Below are positions 30,250-41,665 of a stretch of DNA of 64,000 bases, piece after piece (within the stretch, counting starts at the first letter, position 1; every line of letters starts with the position of its first letter). This stretch comes from a virus. Taxonomy: Duplodnaviria > Caudoviricetes. The notes under the pieces were generated by a model. It searched no databases and had not been told where the DNA came from. It saw only the letters and a program-made list of their open reading frames with translations. The DNA lies in IMG/VR virus record IMGVR_UViG_3300021426_000073, positions 32,001 through 96,000 of that record; one strand, written 5' to 3'. Made by a program: the position numbers and the translations under genes.

Positions 30250-30682
30250 AAGAGGTTTCCGCACGGCAAAAGTCTTTCGATGAAAATCCGTATGGCAATT
30301 TTCACTCTATTCATCAAGAGGTATAAAAAATGAATAGTATGTTAACCAACAAAAAAGTTGATTGCTAACGACTATATGCGGCAAAAGACTTTCGTGGAAA
30401 ATCCGCATCAAGAAATTTTCCTATGATTGGATTGAATCAAAATATATGAAAAAAATATTGGAGTATATTGTTATACACTTTCTTAATGATAACTACAACA
30501 ACGGTTTGCCTATCCTAAAAACAAATATAAGAGAGTATAATACTCAGTTACAAACAGTTGCTAAGAAAAGTTTGTTTTATCCCCATTATAGCTATGCTAC
30601 AAAAAGCAAACCGTTGTTAGCTATCAATTTTAAAAATCCTTTACAGTGGGTTTAAGAGTAACTTATAATTACTCCACGCACT

Positions 30683-30775
30683 CTGAGTCTCCCACGGCTA
30701 AAGTCGAAGGATTCTTGGGACTAGTAGATTAATATCCACTTTATTACCAAGCTAACCGGACAACTCCTGCCCTTA
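30683..30775 (-). ncRNA. Orphan TnpB-type omegaRNA / IS605 right-end scaffold with no adjacent tnpB
   Basis: Minus GGGCA-GGAG-TTGTCC, TAGC, CTTGG...CCAAG, GTGGAT-ATTA-ATCTAC, AAT CCTTCGACTTTAGCCGTGGG AGACTCAG. Same stem order as the reRNA at 42305-42400, with compensatory changes. Confidence 0.7.
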
Positions 30776-30976
30776 TATTTATATTATAAAAATAATATCA
30801 TCAATAATTCACATAGCACTTGGTGCTAAACAATGTCAATGTAAATATATGTGTATAGGAATTAATACAATAAAAACAAAAAAGGTTTGGTTTTCACCAC
30901 TAAATTAATGGAAGATTTTTCTACCAAATGCTATGTGAAATGCTGCATCAATTCTCTATGATTTTTGTCTAGTTAA

Positions 30977-31049
30977 CGGCGGTAATAGGATTTGAACCTA
31001 TATCATTGGAGTCAAAGTCCAATATACTAACCACTTGTACTATACCGCT
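30977..31049 (-). tRNA. tRNA-Gln(UUG)
   Basis: Minus: AGCGGTA TA GTAC...GTAT A TTGGA CT TTG AC TCCAA ... ATAGG TTCAAAT CCTAT TACCGCC G. Confidence 0.9.
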
Positions 31050-31169
31050 AAAGTAGGACGGTTTTAAAGTCAACCAACTACTTATCTTTACTGTTGTTTT
31101 GTTATCAGTATAATTGATTATTTTAAGAAAGGAGGCTAGTCTGGAACTAGCATGCCTACGATAAAAAAA

Positions 31170-31243
31170 TTGCGGAGATTGGATTTGAACCAATGACCTT
31201 GAGTTTATGAGACTCACGAGCTACCGAACTGCTCTACTCCGCT
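31170..31243 (-). tRNA. tRNA-Met(CAU), initiator-like 1:72 mismatch
   Basis: Minus: AGCGGAG TA GAGC AGTTCGGTA GCTC G TGAGT CT CAT AA ACTCA ... ATTGG TTCAAAT CCAAT CTCCGCA A. Confidence 0.9.
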
Positions 31244-31318
31244 ATGTTACCAAACGAAAAATAAACATTTTCGAAGGGAGTTCAATAAATATTCACTTGT
31301 TTCATTTGGTATGCCTTA

Positions 31319-31347
31319 AGTATAAATGATGGTGTGAATTTTGTCAA
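31319..31347 (-). promoter_or_regulatory. Near-consensus sigma-A promoter driving the tRNA/ncRNA cluster
   Basis: Minus TTGACA-17 bp-TATACT with an A/T-rich upstream region. Confidence 0.85.
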
Positions 31348-31364
31348 GTTTAAAGTTAAATTTT

Positions 31365-32780
31365 TTATATTTTTTTTAATTCATCATCATAAGACATTTT
31401 ATAAAAGCCTATATCTTTAATAGTATTCTGCGATTGATTAAACTCTAATATAATCTGATTATCAGCATCGCCAAAACGATTTTTTAAAAAGAATACTATA
31501 ATATACTTACTACTATCATTTAATGTAATAAGTTTCTTTTGTCCGTTTTCTACTATAAAAGGTTTTATATACTTCTTCTCATTATCGGTTAAATGTCTAA
31601 AGGCTATACCTACAGCTGCACATTCACATATAGCCTTTGATTTTCCTACGCTAGTCTGATCCAAAAACTTGTTATGTAAAGAGTCCGTAGCTAATTGTGC
31701 TGATGCAATTATAGCAACGTTTTCTTTTTTTGCTATACAATATAATTCTTTGGCATTATCAGCTAATTCTGCCCACGCTTTGTCGCTAGAATCTTTAACT
31801 GGTTTTAATACATCATAAAAGAAATATTTGCAACCTTGCTTTGACATTTTTCTGATTACCTTTTTAACATTAACTATATCATAGTTATCCATAGCCTTAA
31901 ATCTGATACGCCCTTTTTGAGCACCTATCCATGCAATAGCTTCTTCTACTTTTTGCATTTGTTCATCATTATAAGAACCTTTCATTATTTTAGCACGAGT
32001 CAAGCCTGTATCATCTATAATCTTGCTAAACAATACAGTTGATATAATCATATTTCTCCATTGCTTTGAGTTTTGCTCATTACATATAATAGTTATTGTC
32101 TCTCCATCTTCTATTGCTGGAAGAATAAACAATGGTACAGATGATGAACTCTTGCCCTTTCCACCGCCAGCAATCACCAACATAAGTTCTCCTCTGTGAA
32201 CGCCTGATGTAGTATAGTCAATAAATTGGCTACCCATTCTAAAACCAATATTCTTTTTATTGATAACTTCTTTAAGCCACTCATTATAACCTTCAGAGTC
32301 TGACAAGTCTTCTATTTCTGATTTTTGAATACTAGTTAGGTTTATGTCTGATAACTTATACTCATAGTAATCGTACACTTCTTCGCAAGACATATTAGCA
32401 AACTCTTTTAAGTTTTCTAAAACATTGAATCCTTCCGAATGCAATTTGATTAAGAAGTTAGATTTAATTAATTCATCGTAATACGCTTCTATATTATCTA
32501 TATTAACAGACTGTTTCAACTCACCAAACTGTTTGTATTGCTTCTTTATTGATGGTTTAGAATCTAGGTAGTTCTTTACGGATACTTCATCTGCTGATTC
32601 ATACCCTAATTTATACATATTAGAAATAATGCCGTAATAAATTTTTCCAGAATCTGTTATTATATCTGTACCATTTATTATGTTTTTATAATCATCACAT
32701 AAACTTATATCCTTGTATAACGATGCTATAAAGTTTAATTCTATTGTTTCTCTGTTTTCTAATAATTCATTTGGAATCAT
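31365..32780 (-). CDS. DnaB-like replicative helicase (SPbeta-type)
   Basis: Walker A AGGGKGKSS, ICNEQ, FFYD, ASAQL, KNRFG motifs. Confidence 0.85.
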   Translation of the reverse strand: MIPNELLENRETIELNFIASLYKDISLCDDYKNIINGTDIITDSGKIYYGIISNMYKLGYESADEVSVKNYLDSKPSIKKQYKQFGELKQSVNIDNIEAYYDELIKSNFLIKLHSEGFNVLENLKEFANMSCEEVYDYYEYKLSDINLTSIQKSEIEDLSDSEGYNEWLKEVINKKNIGFRMGSQFIDYTTSGVHRGELMLVIAGGGKGKSSSSVPLFILPAIEDGETITIICNEQNSKQWRNMIISTVLFSKIIDDTGLTRAKIMKGSYNDEQMQKVEEAIAWIGAQKGRIRFKAMDNYDIVNVKKVIRKMSKQGCKYFFYDVLKPVKDSSDKAWAELADNAKELYCIAKKENVAIIASAQLATDSLHNKFLDQTSVGKSKAICECAAVGIAFRHLTDNEKKYIKPFIVENGQKKLITLNDSSKYIIVFFLKNRFGDADNQIILEFNQSQNTIKDIGFYKMSYDDELKKI

Positions 32781-32971
32781 AATTATTCCTCTAGTTCATA
32801 ATATAATAAAAATTTTCTATTGAAAGCCATCTTTTTGCTACCGTCTTCTTTACTAAAAAGAACATGAGTATCAGTATTAACTGCATACCATTCATCGGCA
32901 TTAAGCTTAATAATTTTACTTGCTTTAAAATCTTTTCCACACACAATTTTGTAATACATTATTGCTCCTAT

Positions 32972-33493
32972 CTAACCAAGAATCTTAACAATGCTTTGCT
33001 CTAATGCTGCCATATCACCACTGTTGTCAATAACATCAACATTGTACTTGCCATTGTTAATTTCTTCTTCAAATTTTGTAAATTGCCAAGCTTCACTTTG
33101 TTCTCTTGCTTGGTATATTTCCTCGTCATTTAAACGCTTCAATATGCGTTCTTTGCGAGTTTCGTTGTCAGCCTTAACATATATAACCTTAAATCTCATA
33201 TCGGGCATATTGCTTAATAATTCACGCATACCGTTAGGGTCTATAACGTATACATCATTAGTCAACATTTGTATCTTTGTTGCAAAGTACAAATAACCAT
33301 TTATTTCTGTCTGACACACTCTTCCGTGAATTTGGTCTAGTTCTTCCTTGTCTAAAAAAACATGAGTATTCTCACTAGGGTGTCTTTTAGGTCTATTTGT
33401 ATAAGACTTAAGTATTCTCTTTCTGTAATGTTTTTCAATAAATTTTGCAACGGTATCTTTTCCAGAACCACTTCTACCTAATATCAATATCAT
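32972..33493 (-). CDS. Guanylate kinase-like nucleotide kinase
   Basis: GRSGSGKDT P-loop, SYTNRPKR, YVIDPNG motifs. Confidence 0.85.
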   Translation of the reverse strand: MILILGRSGSGKDTVAKFIEKHYRKRILKSYTNRPKRHPSENTHVFLDKEELDQIHGRVCQTEINGYLYFATKIQMLTNDVYVIDPNGMRELLSNMPDMRFKVIYVKADNETRKERILKRLNDEEIYQAREQSEAWQFTKFEEEINNGKYNVDVIDNSGDMAALEQSIVKILG

Positions 33494-33701
33494 TAAGTTT
33501 GTCCCCTTTCAAATTTAGTAACCAATCTGCTGAAATATTTAATGCTTCACATAAAGTTTTTAAATTATTTGTTTGAATAATTCTCTGATCATTTACCCAT
33601 CTGCTAATAGATGACTGCGGTAAGTTCATTATGTCAGCCAATTCGGTCTGTGTCATTCCATTGTATTCAAGTGCTAATTTAATCTTTTCTCCTACAGTCA
33701 T
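33474..33701 (-). CDS. XRE-family HTH regulator
   Basis: MTQTELADIMNLPQSSISRWVN...ALNISADWLL. Confidence 0.85.
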   Translation of the reverse strand: MTVGEKIKLALEYNGMTQTELADIMNLPQSSISRWVNDQRIIQTNNLKTLCEALNISADWLLNLKGDKLNDIDIR

Positions 33702-33706
33702 AATAA

Positions 33707-36700
33707 TTACCTCTCTGCTGATGTTACTTTAGGTGGCACAAGATTGATGCCTACTGCTTTTTCTAAGCATTCCACACAATATGGTGTATTCTTAAAACCA
33801 GCCTTTACAATCACATCTTCTTCCTTGAATATCTTTCCACACTTTGAACACTTGATTGTTTTAAAATTATTTGCTACATAAGCTGCAAACTCTGAAATAT
33901 TTTTCCACTCTTCTGGAGAATAATCCTTTGGTGGATTTTCAACTCCCCATTGTAATGCTTCTCTAATTATTTTATTTTCATTCATTTGTATTTCCTCCTT
34001 TAACAATAATATTTAATGCATTTTCCAACGCTTCTTTTGATTCTTCCCACATCTTAATGTCGCTATCCCATTTAGATGATTTGATTTTAGAATCACAAAA
34101 CTTCTTTAATTGATTTAAATTAATAATTATATCTGATGTTTTCACTGATCTATCCTTTCGTTAAGTTCACAATTTTTGCATACGTAATATTTTGTACCAC
34201 TAAGTTTACTAATATGCTTGTATGCTTTGGTGAAATAGAAATTTCCTCTGCACGTAGCACATTTATAATGAACCATAAATACTTTATTTTTCTTCATTTA
34301 TTCACCGTCCTTTAAATACTCTACAATACTTTCAAATAAATAAATTATCTTTAGCTTTTCTTCCCAAGTTAATTCTTCATCGATAGCATCATTAATGCAA
34401 GATAATTGCATTAATACATCGGATGTTTTGCTATCGTAAATTTGTGATAAAGCCAACATTAAGTCTGCTTGTCCACCACTACTCATATTCCATATTGCAT
34501 CTGCGATTTCTCTCGATGTTGGTACTATATTTACTTCTACATTTCTTGTTATCATTTATTTATCCTCTTTAATCCACTTACTAAATATGTTATAGTAGTT
34601 GCCTTTGTTACCATATGCTTTCTTTGATATAGCCATTGCTAATCCTTTTTCTGGATCAAATTTTTCTCCATCAGCTTTTACTACTGTCTTTGTTCCGTCT
34701 TTCCAGAATACAATAGTAGCTGGCTTGTTAAATATAACTTTATCTATTTTCATTTTTCTTTCATGAATAAAATCATCAAACCCATCAAAACCATTGTAAG
34801 TACCTACAATACTAATTCCTTCTATTCTTTCAAAATCTTTAGTTGGCATTTTTTCATTCTCCTTATTCTCTATTACTGTCAAAATCTATGAACGATGGAT
34901 AATCCTCGCCCATGTCTACTACAACAATAACAGCTCCATTATTCTTGTATTTTTCGCACCATTCTTTACGAATATCAATGAATTTGTCAGACGTTGTCCA
35001 TCCGTTTTTAGAACAATCACCCTGAATCATAAATGTATACTCTGCATTACAAGGGCTAGTCATTATAGGACCTACTATGTCTATATCGAATGGCTCGATT
35101 ACTTTATTAAATGTCTTAATGGCATCGTCTCTTAATTTTGTTATCTCATCGAGATTCCAATGATGCACTAATGTTACTCTGTTTCTAATTGTTCCCATTA
35201 TTACTTTCCTCCTTATCATTTTTTATAGGACACCATTTAGGTTCACTATTAAGATGATTTCTTAACTTTGGTTTAAATGAACATATGACAAATTTGCTAT
35301 TTTCAATATTGCCATATTTTGGATGAACTATATATCTATATTTGCATTCACTACAATTCATTTAATTACTTTCCTCACTTTCTGATTGTCTTTGCAAGGC
35401 ATCATAATAGCCCTTATCATAAGCCTTTTCTAATGCATACGCCTGTTGGGTAGCTGTTACCCATTTCTTTGTAACATCTTCGCCATATCTGGTATAGTAA
35501 ATAGCGTGAAGATACGCTGTTGCTATTACCATAGGTGGCATTTTAGATAATTCATCTATTAACAGTTTGCTTTTATTATTCATTTAATCAATTCCTCCAT
35601 ACAGTAATAACATCTATTCACAGTACAAGTATTCTGTAAAATATACCATTGATTACATTTTTTACAAAAGTAATAATACATTTACTCACTCTCCCTTAAA
35701 TTAAGTATTCCAAAGTGTTAGGTATAGTATTTCATGCCTATTAATTTCTTTGCTTTTAAAAGGAAACTTTTTACATATAGGGCACAATATAGTGTCATAG
35801 CAATCCTCGTCATCTAGTCCATCACCTGTCCAATGACTGTCTGTGCTTATTCCGTATACTTCATCACCTAAATCTTCAATTTCTGCCAACCTATCTCCAT
35901 CAGACCCATCATATTGAAACTCGTTAATAAGCACATTGGTTATTTCTTGTCCGCAATTATTACACTTCATCTCTTATTCTCCTTTTCATTTCCACTCCAC
36001 AATTAGGACAAAAGTTTTCTGTTCCTTTTAAATTCCAATCACCAACTTTACAACAAGAACACATATAAGCTCCTTCGTCATCTGCTTGTAATGGATGTAC
36101 TTTTATCCAATGTCCTGTCTTTGACTTTTGCTCTAATGCTTGAACTGCAATGTCAAGTGCTTCTTTCGCCTGTGGGAGTAGGTTTGCAAAATAACAATGC
36201 TCTTTTATATTCTTGATTGCTTCTTTATTATCCATTTAATCACTCTCCATTTCCGCACCACATTTAGGACAATATTTGTAGCCAAAGAAATCAGTATGCA
36301 TTGTAAATCCACAATTTGAGCATTTCCAATCTATATTGTATCCATTGTCTACTGTATGCATTTTCCATTTCGCCTTTTTATGATTTTTATCGCATCCTAT
36401 CTTTGACTCTGTTGAATACTTTTTCATGAATCCAACAATCCACTTTGTAAATGGTATCTCCACTGGCTCTGACGGATATGTGTGCTCTTTCCATAACGTG
36501 TTTTCATTTACGATATGTTCTCCCCAAGGAAGATACCTTGAATGTGACCATACAAACCCTATATCTTTATCCCAATTCGCATAATAGAAGTTGTCGAGCC
36601 TTTGACCAATCCAATAATCGTCTATTGATTCAACATAATAAAATTTCAATTCGTTTTCATCGTCTTTTCTTGGCTCTTGCTCTAATGCTTTAATAATAAT

Positions 36701-38988
36701 TTCAGTAACATCATCTTGTATGGTATGGTCACAATTAGGATATTTTATACATTCCTCACAAACTTCCGAATGATAATCGCTACTTGCTTTTAAACAATAC
36801 AATGCTAATTTTCTTTCTTCATCTGTCATTTAATCACTCTCCTTTACTTACATTGTATAAGGTTTTAATATTCATACAATGAAATTACTTTTTCTACTAC
36901 ATTATCATTTTCATCAAGCACATCTTCTTCAAAACAGCCTATTATTTCATCTTGCTCCTTTACACTACACCTTCCGTGTGAATACAACATCACTCGTTGA
37001 TTTTCATCATACTTTTTCAACTCTTTAATTAATTCTCCTACTGTCATTCCTTATTCCTCACTTTCTACCTTATCAGCAATGATTGCAAGGCTTTTGGATA
37101 TATCTGCAAGCATTGTAGCAATTGCACCAAGCGAAAATGCTACTTTTTCCTCATAAGTTCCAGATGGCTCGCATTGCACTCTTCTATCCATTTCATTAAC
37201 AACCATTCTATTTTCTTCAAGTCTTGTCATGCCTACACCTCACTTTCCTTATCTGCTTCAATTATTGTTGGAGCATCATCAATGTCAGCCATTTCATCAT
37301 CATATTGACAAGCTCTGCATCTGACTCCATTAATACTGTTGCAATCTATACATCTTGATTTTTTTATCTGTTCAATTAAAGCATCAGCATCAATCAATCT
37401 TCCGTGACTCTTTGGAAGTGGTGTGCCATTTGCAATTGTATATACAGCGATATTTCTAATACTGCAAAGTCTAGTATTACCAATCTTTATATCATTATAA
37501 TCTTCTTCATTTATATCAATTACTATCTGCATCGGTTTCCTCACTTTCTGCCTTCATCCTTTCGTATAAGATTTCCTTGGAACAATTACCGTCCTCATAT
37601 AACCAACAAGCGTCACAACCAGATGGTTGGTCAGATATATTATCACAAAGGACTTCAACTAAATTCTTTAATTCGCTAATTTTTTCTTTATCTGTCATAT
37701 TATTCCTCACTTTCTGCCTTGTGGCTCGTATTCTTATATTACAGTACATTTAACAAAATCTGCATCAATCTCAAATATATCGCTATATATGTCTGCATCT
37801 TCATCATCACAAATTATCAGTTTTTGTTTGGCATCTCCTTTGTGCATTACTTCTATTTTCCAAATGCCCTTGCCGTCTTTACCATATTCAACATGGATAA
37901 TCGTGTCATCTGTAAACAAGATGCGAACCACCGAATCGAAGCATCCTATTTCATCGTAGGGATATATATTTTGCTCTGTTTCAATTTCCACTAAATCATC
38001 TGACATTCCATATACTTTAGTTTTCATTTAATCACCTACTTTCTAAATATTGGATACAATGCCCCAACAGACATTCCTATAATCATTAATGCTATTAATA
38101 TCTTCATACTATCTCCTTCGAAAAACATCATCGTTTATTTGCTTATCACTCCTACTTGCAGCTCTTGCGTATAATGTTTTTACACAATTATGTGGATTGC
38201 CATTACACTTCTTAGCATCGTTACAAGCACCACCATGACAATAATAAATCACACCTTTATCTGTTGGTATTTCCTCATAACGTGGGCAATGTTTACCCAT
38301 TAAATTTACTGGCTTGTTTGGATTATGCCTAGGTTTTCCTTTTCCCATTTGCTTTATCTCCTAATAGTTTTTTCTAAAAAATGAATTAAATCTTCTTGCG
38401 TTGTATATCCTGTAACTGTTAATTCAACTGGATCATTTAACTTTCTTGTAGTTGTTATATTATTTATCATTGAAAGTGATGGGCAATCTTTTTCGTTATC
38501 TTGAAATAATTTATGTACTGTTGTTAAAGTTTCACCATCAACACTTATTGTTAAATCATAAAATATATCTTTCATTATTCGTCACCTCTTTCTGGATAGA
38601 ATACTTTACAATGCATTCCACTATTAAGAATAATTCTATTAGTTCTGTCTAACCCTTCCGATGTGACATCAACCATCGTCGTAGAATTATCAAACGGCAT
38701 ATATTCAGGACTTGATACTAAAGATACTAAATCATAAGTTGACATTTTCTTTCTTTTTGATTTGTTGATTTTTAAGAAGTTATCAAACTCGTACTTACAA
38801 CTAGGACATAAGTCCATTTCTTCGCACTTTTCTCCCTCGTAATACATATTAGTTTTTTTGGCTTTTGTAGGAGTTATCAAGCGAAAAGATTCTTCACACT
38901 CTGAACCACATCTATCACAAATACATACTTTTTTAATCATTTGTTTCACCTCTTTGAATTTTGTCTTGCAACTCCGCACAAGAATCAA
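33707..38988 (-). other. Array of about 20 small early hypothetical ORFs (many Zn-ribbon CPxCG proteins)
   Basis: Tightly tiled minus-strand ORFs of 50-200 aa with RBSs (e.g. 34556..34882, 35960..36235, 36236..36829, 37233..37544, 38109..38348). Confidence 0.75.
36865..37047 (-). CDS. 60-aa hypothetical protein, paralogue of 60384..60566
   Basis: MTVGELIKELKKYDE.QRVMLYSHGRC...VISLYEY is shared by both copies. Confidence 0.75.
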   Translation of the reverse strand: MTVGELIKELKKYDENQRVMLYSHGRCSVKEQDEIIGCFEEDVLDENDNVVEKVISLYEY

Positions 38989-39697
38989 TTAACTCTTTAG
39001 CTTCAGTATTATCATCAGTTACAATGGCGTTGTTTTCAAGTACCTTTATTAACTTATCAATATCTTGTTGCTTATCAATATCGCAAGTGTAATCATTGAT
39101 AGCATGATATGAATAATAATCAATATGATTTAATGGATAATTTGTAATTACTTGCCATAATTCCCACGCTATCGGATGTCTTTTGAACTTGCCCTGTTCC
39201 TTATATAACTTGGTTTGCTCTATAGCCTTTTTAAATTTTTCTGTATCATTAACTTTAAAAGCAAAAGGTTCTGCCCAAGGTTTAATATAATCTTCTGAAA
39301 ATGGTGGGGCAGATGCAAAAAACTGTATATCATATACTTCAGTTTCAACAATAGTTTTGATTGCGTTTTCTGAAAAGTATACATCTCCAAAGAGATAGCA
39401 CACTGGTTCTTCTGTTAGCATAAACGCATCTACATAATACCCAGTTATTTTATTTTCTGGCGTAACAGTAAATTCATTTTTACGATGAATAACTTCACAA
39501 GGAAGATAATCAAAGTAATCATATGTGGCTGGATCTAAACTAGTAGTTACTGCTATGTCAGTAGCTCCATATTTTTTTAATAATCTAATAGTTCTTTCAA
39601 CTAAAACTTCATCATTTATTTTTGATAATTGTCTAGGCTTATCCCATCTAGTATAATTACCGCCACACATAATTAAATATTTACAATTCAATTTCAT
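38933..39697 (-). CDS. Nucleotidyltransferase-like protein (LicC/IspD/MobA fold)
   Basis: LIMCGGNYTRWDKPRQL...ERTIRLL, YLFGDVYF, CDIDKQQD motifs. Confidence 0.65.
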   Translation of the reverse strand: MKLNCKYLIMCGGNYTRWDKPRQLSKINDEVLVERTIRLLKKYGATDIAVTTSLDPATYDYFDYLPCEVIHRKNEFTVTPENKITGYYVDAFMLTEEPVCYLFGDVYFSENAIKTIVETEVYDIQFFASAPPFSEDYIKPWAEPFAFKVNDTEKFKKAIEQTKLYKEQGKFKRHPIAWELWQVITNYPLNHIDYYSYHAINDYTCDIDKQQDIDKLIKVLENNAIVTDDNTEAKELIDSCAELQDKIQRGETND

Positions 39698-40370
39698 TCA
39701 CCTCTCTTAATATATTTGATAAAGTGCAATTCTGTTTTAACACTTCTTCTCTGCTTAAAGATTTGTAATTAACAGGTGTCCAAGAATTATGAAGAACAAA
39801 CATATCCACATCGTTAACATCTTCTAAAATGTAATTACGATTGAAATAAAAATCGATATAATTGCTTCGACTTGTTCCACCTTCAATCATTGTTAATTCT
39901 GGTCTGCATTTTTCGATAGGATATATCTTAACCTCTTTGTGGCTAGGTACATATGTATCAGTAAACATATTAACTAACACGGACCAGTGTTTTGAATGAT
40001 TAGGATTAGCAATAGTTTTGTCCTGATATTTAGCCCATTCGATAAAGAAGTCTTTAGCTTCTTCTGTATAATGAGATACACCAGTCGAATGAGTTCTCTT
40101 TGTAACGTCACCAATTACGTTTTCTTCAATTAATTTACCAGTTGCTATAATAGTATCAGCATCCAACCAATAACCGCCGTGATCACGTAATACGTGTGCT
40201 CTAACAGCATCCGACACTTGTGGTAAAGTGAATGTCTTCACTCCTTTAATATCTATGTCTGTATACTGTAATAAGTTACTATAATTTAAAATAGTGAAAT
40301 CAAACTTCCAAGTATCTAGGCATAGTTTAATATAGTCAGGCATCTTGCCTTCCCAAAAAGTAAAAATCAT
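39681..40370 (-). CDS. Capsular polysaccharide synthesis / GT32-like DXD glycosyltransferase
   Basis: TFWEGKMPDYIKLCLDTW and SDAVR..L..HGGYWLDAD motifs. Confidence 0.75.
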   Translation of the reverse strand: MIFTFWEGKMPDYIKLCLDTWKFDFTILNYSNLLQYTDIDIKGVKTFTLPQVSDAVRAHVLRDHGGYWLDADTIIATGKLIEENVIGDVTKRTHSTGVSHYTEEAKDFFIEWAKYQDKTIANPNHSKHWSVLVNMFTDTYVPSHKEVKIYPIEKCRPELTMIEGGTSRSNYIDFYFNRNYILEDVNDVDMFVLHNSWTPVNYKSLSREEVLKQNCTLSNILREVNEIEL

Positions 40371-40423
40371 ACTATTCTCCTTTTTTTATATAGTCTATCG
40401 TGTTTAAATGTACTTAAATGTAG

Positions 40424-41665
40424 TTAAACTACATTATTAAGCCAATATATTTTATTATATTTCCAAAGTAACTTACATTTTTTAGCATTAACCTTTTTAC
40501 AATGCTTTGTAGGACTTTGGAAATTCAAAGCATTTAGTTCGGGATATAGGGCTGTAACATAGCCTCTATGCGTTTCTCCATTTTTGAATGTGTATTCCAC
40601 TAAATCTCTATGCTTGATACCTAAAACATTATCTGTATTTGCTTTGCTTTGCCTACGCATAGGTTTAATAATCCACTCTTTAATATCCGTAGTATCAGGT
40701 TTTAAGTTTGTAATACAGACAGCGTCGTTTGAATGTGATTTATCTATATCCCAATCAATACGCTTATTTGCGGTATCGCCACCATTAGTTAAATACAAAG
40801 TACCAAGTTCAGATAATTGTTTTCTTAACCAAGTTTTACCTATCATTACGTGTTGTGCATAATTAAGTTTTTTTGTATCATAAGTAAAAAGCATATCGAA
40901 ATAATGTTGCATATACTGTTCTTCTTTACCTTCTGTCTTTTGATGGCATTTGCTACATAAAGTAATCATATTATCAAAAGTGTTAGAACCATTTAATCTT
41001 CGTGGTTTAATATGATGTACTTCAAGTTTAGTATTAGTTTTACCACATTCCATACACTTATAATTATCTCTAAAGATTACCGCTTTACGTATGTTTTCAT
41101 CTAATCTATTAGATTTTTGATACTTCCACCTATAAGGTTTGTATCCATCAGTTAATGCTCTTATATCTATCGCAACATCTTCAAGCCAATAAGAATTAAT
41201 ATTGATCCATTTATTAAGTTGGTTGACAACTCTTAATGTTGCTTGACGTTTTTGTAATATACTAGGAGCGATACGTTCTTTTCTTTTTAAAGATTTACGA
41301 TTATTAAATCTAGCTTCACGATACCTTTTATGGTATCTATGGTATCTTCTATAACCTCTACGTAATTCCATTAAATGCTTTACATCATTTCTTTGTTCTA
41401 TTGTTCCTTTGAACAATGTTTTGTTTTTAGTCTTGCATTTCTGCACTATTGCAATACCTACGTGTAAACCACCATCATCTATACCACATCGTATTTCATC
41501 TTTGCATATTTCATCATCAGGTATAGTGCGTTTAAGTTGTATCACCATAGGATACTTACTAACTAATTTAGCCTTACCTTTTCGAATCATATACCATGCC
41601 TTTGTTTCTTTTGTTGGTGATAATGGTTTTCCATCAGCATCCAATACAAATGCATAATTTGTCAT
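40424..41665 (-). CDS. iscB: IscB RNA-guided endonuclease
   Basis: PLMP-like GKPLSPT, RuvC-I GIDDG, Arg-rich bridge helix, RuvC-II LEDV, HNH (VHHIKPR...N...CH), RuvC-III SHSNDA; catalytic residues appear intact. Confidence 0.92.
   Translation of the reverse strand: MTNYAFVLDADGKPLSPTKETKAWYMIRKGKAKLVSKYPMVIQLKRTIPDDEICKDEIRCGIDDGGLHVGIAIVQKCKTKNKTLFKGTIEQRNDVKHLMELRRGYRRYHRYHKRYREARFNNRKSLKRKERIAPSILQKRQATLRVVNQLNKWININSYWLEDVAIDIRALTDGYKPYRWKYQKSNRLDENIRKAVIFRDNYKCMECGKTNTKLEVHHIKPRRLNGSNTFDNMITLCSKCHQKTEGKEEQYMQHYFDMLFTYDTKKLNYAQHVMIGKTWLRKQLSELGTLYLTNGGDTANKRIDWDIDKSHSNDAVCITNLKPDTTDIKEWIIKPMRRQSKANTDNVLGIKHRDLVEYTFKNGETHRGYVTALYPELNALNFQSPTKHCKKVNAKKCKLLWKYNKIYWLNNVV

Noticed and set aside
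30054-31217. ORFs 30054..30251, 30102..30317, 30362..30655, 30969..31217
   Set aside because: They overlap tRNAs or structured RNA, lack good RBSs and have no protein-like features.
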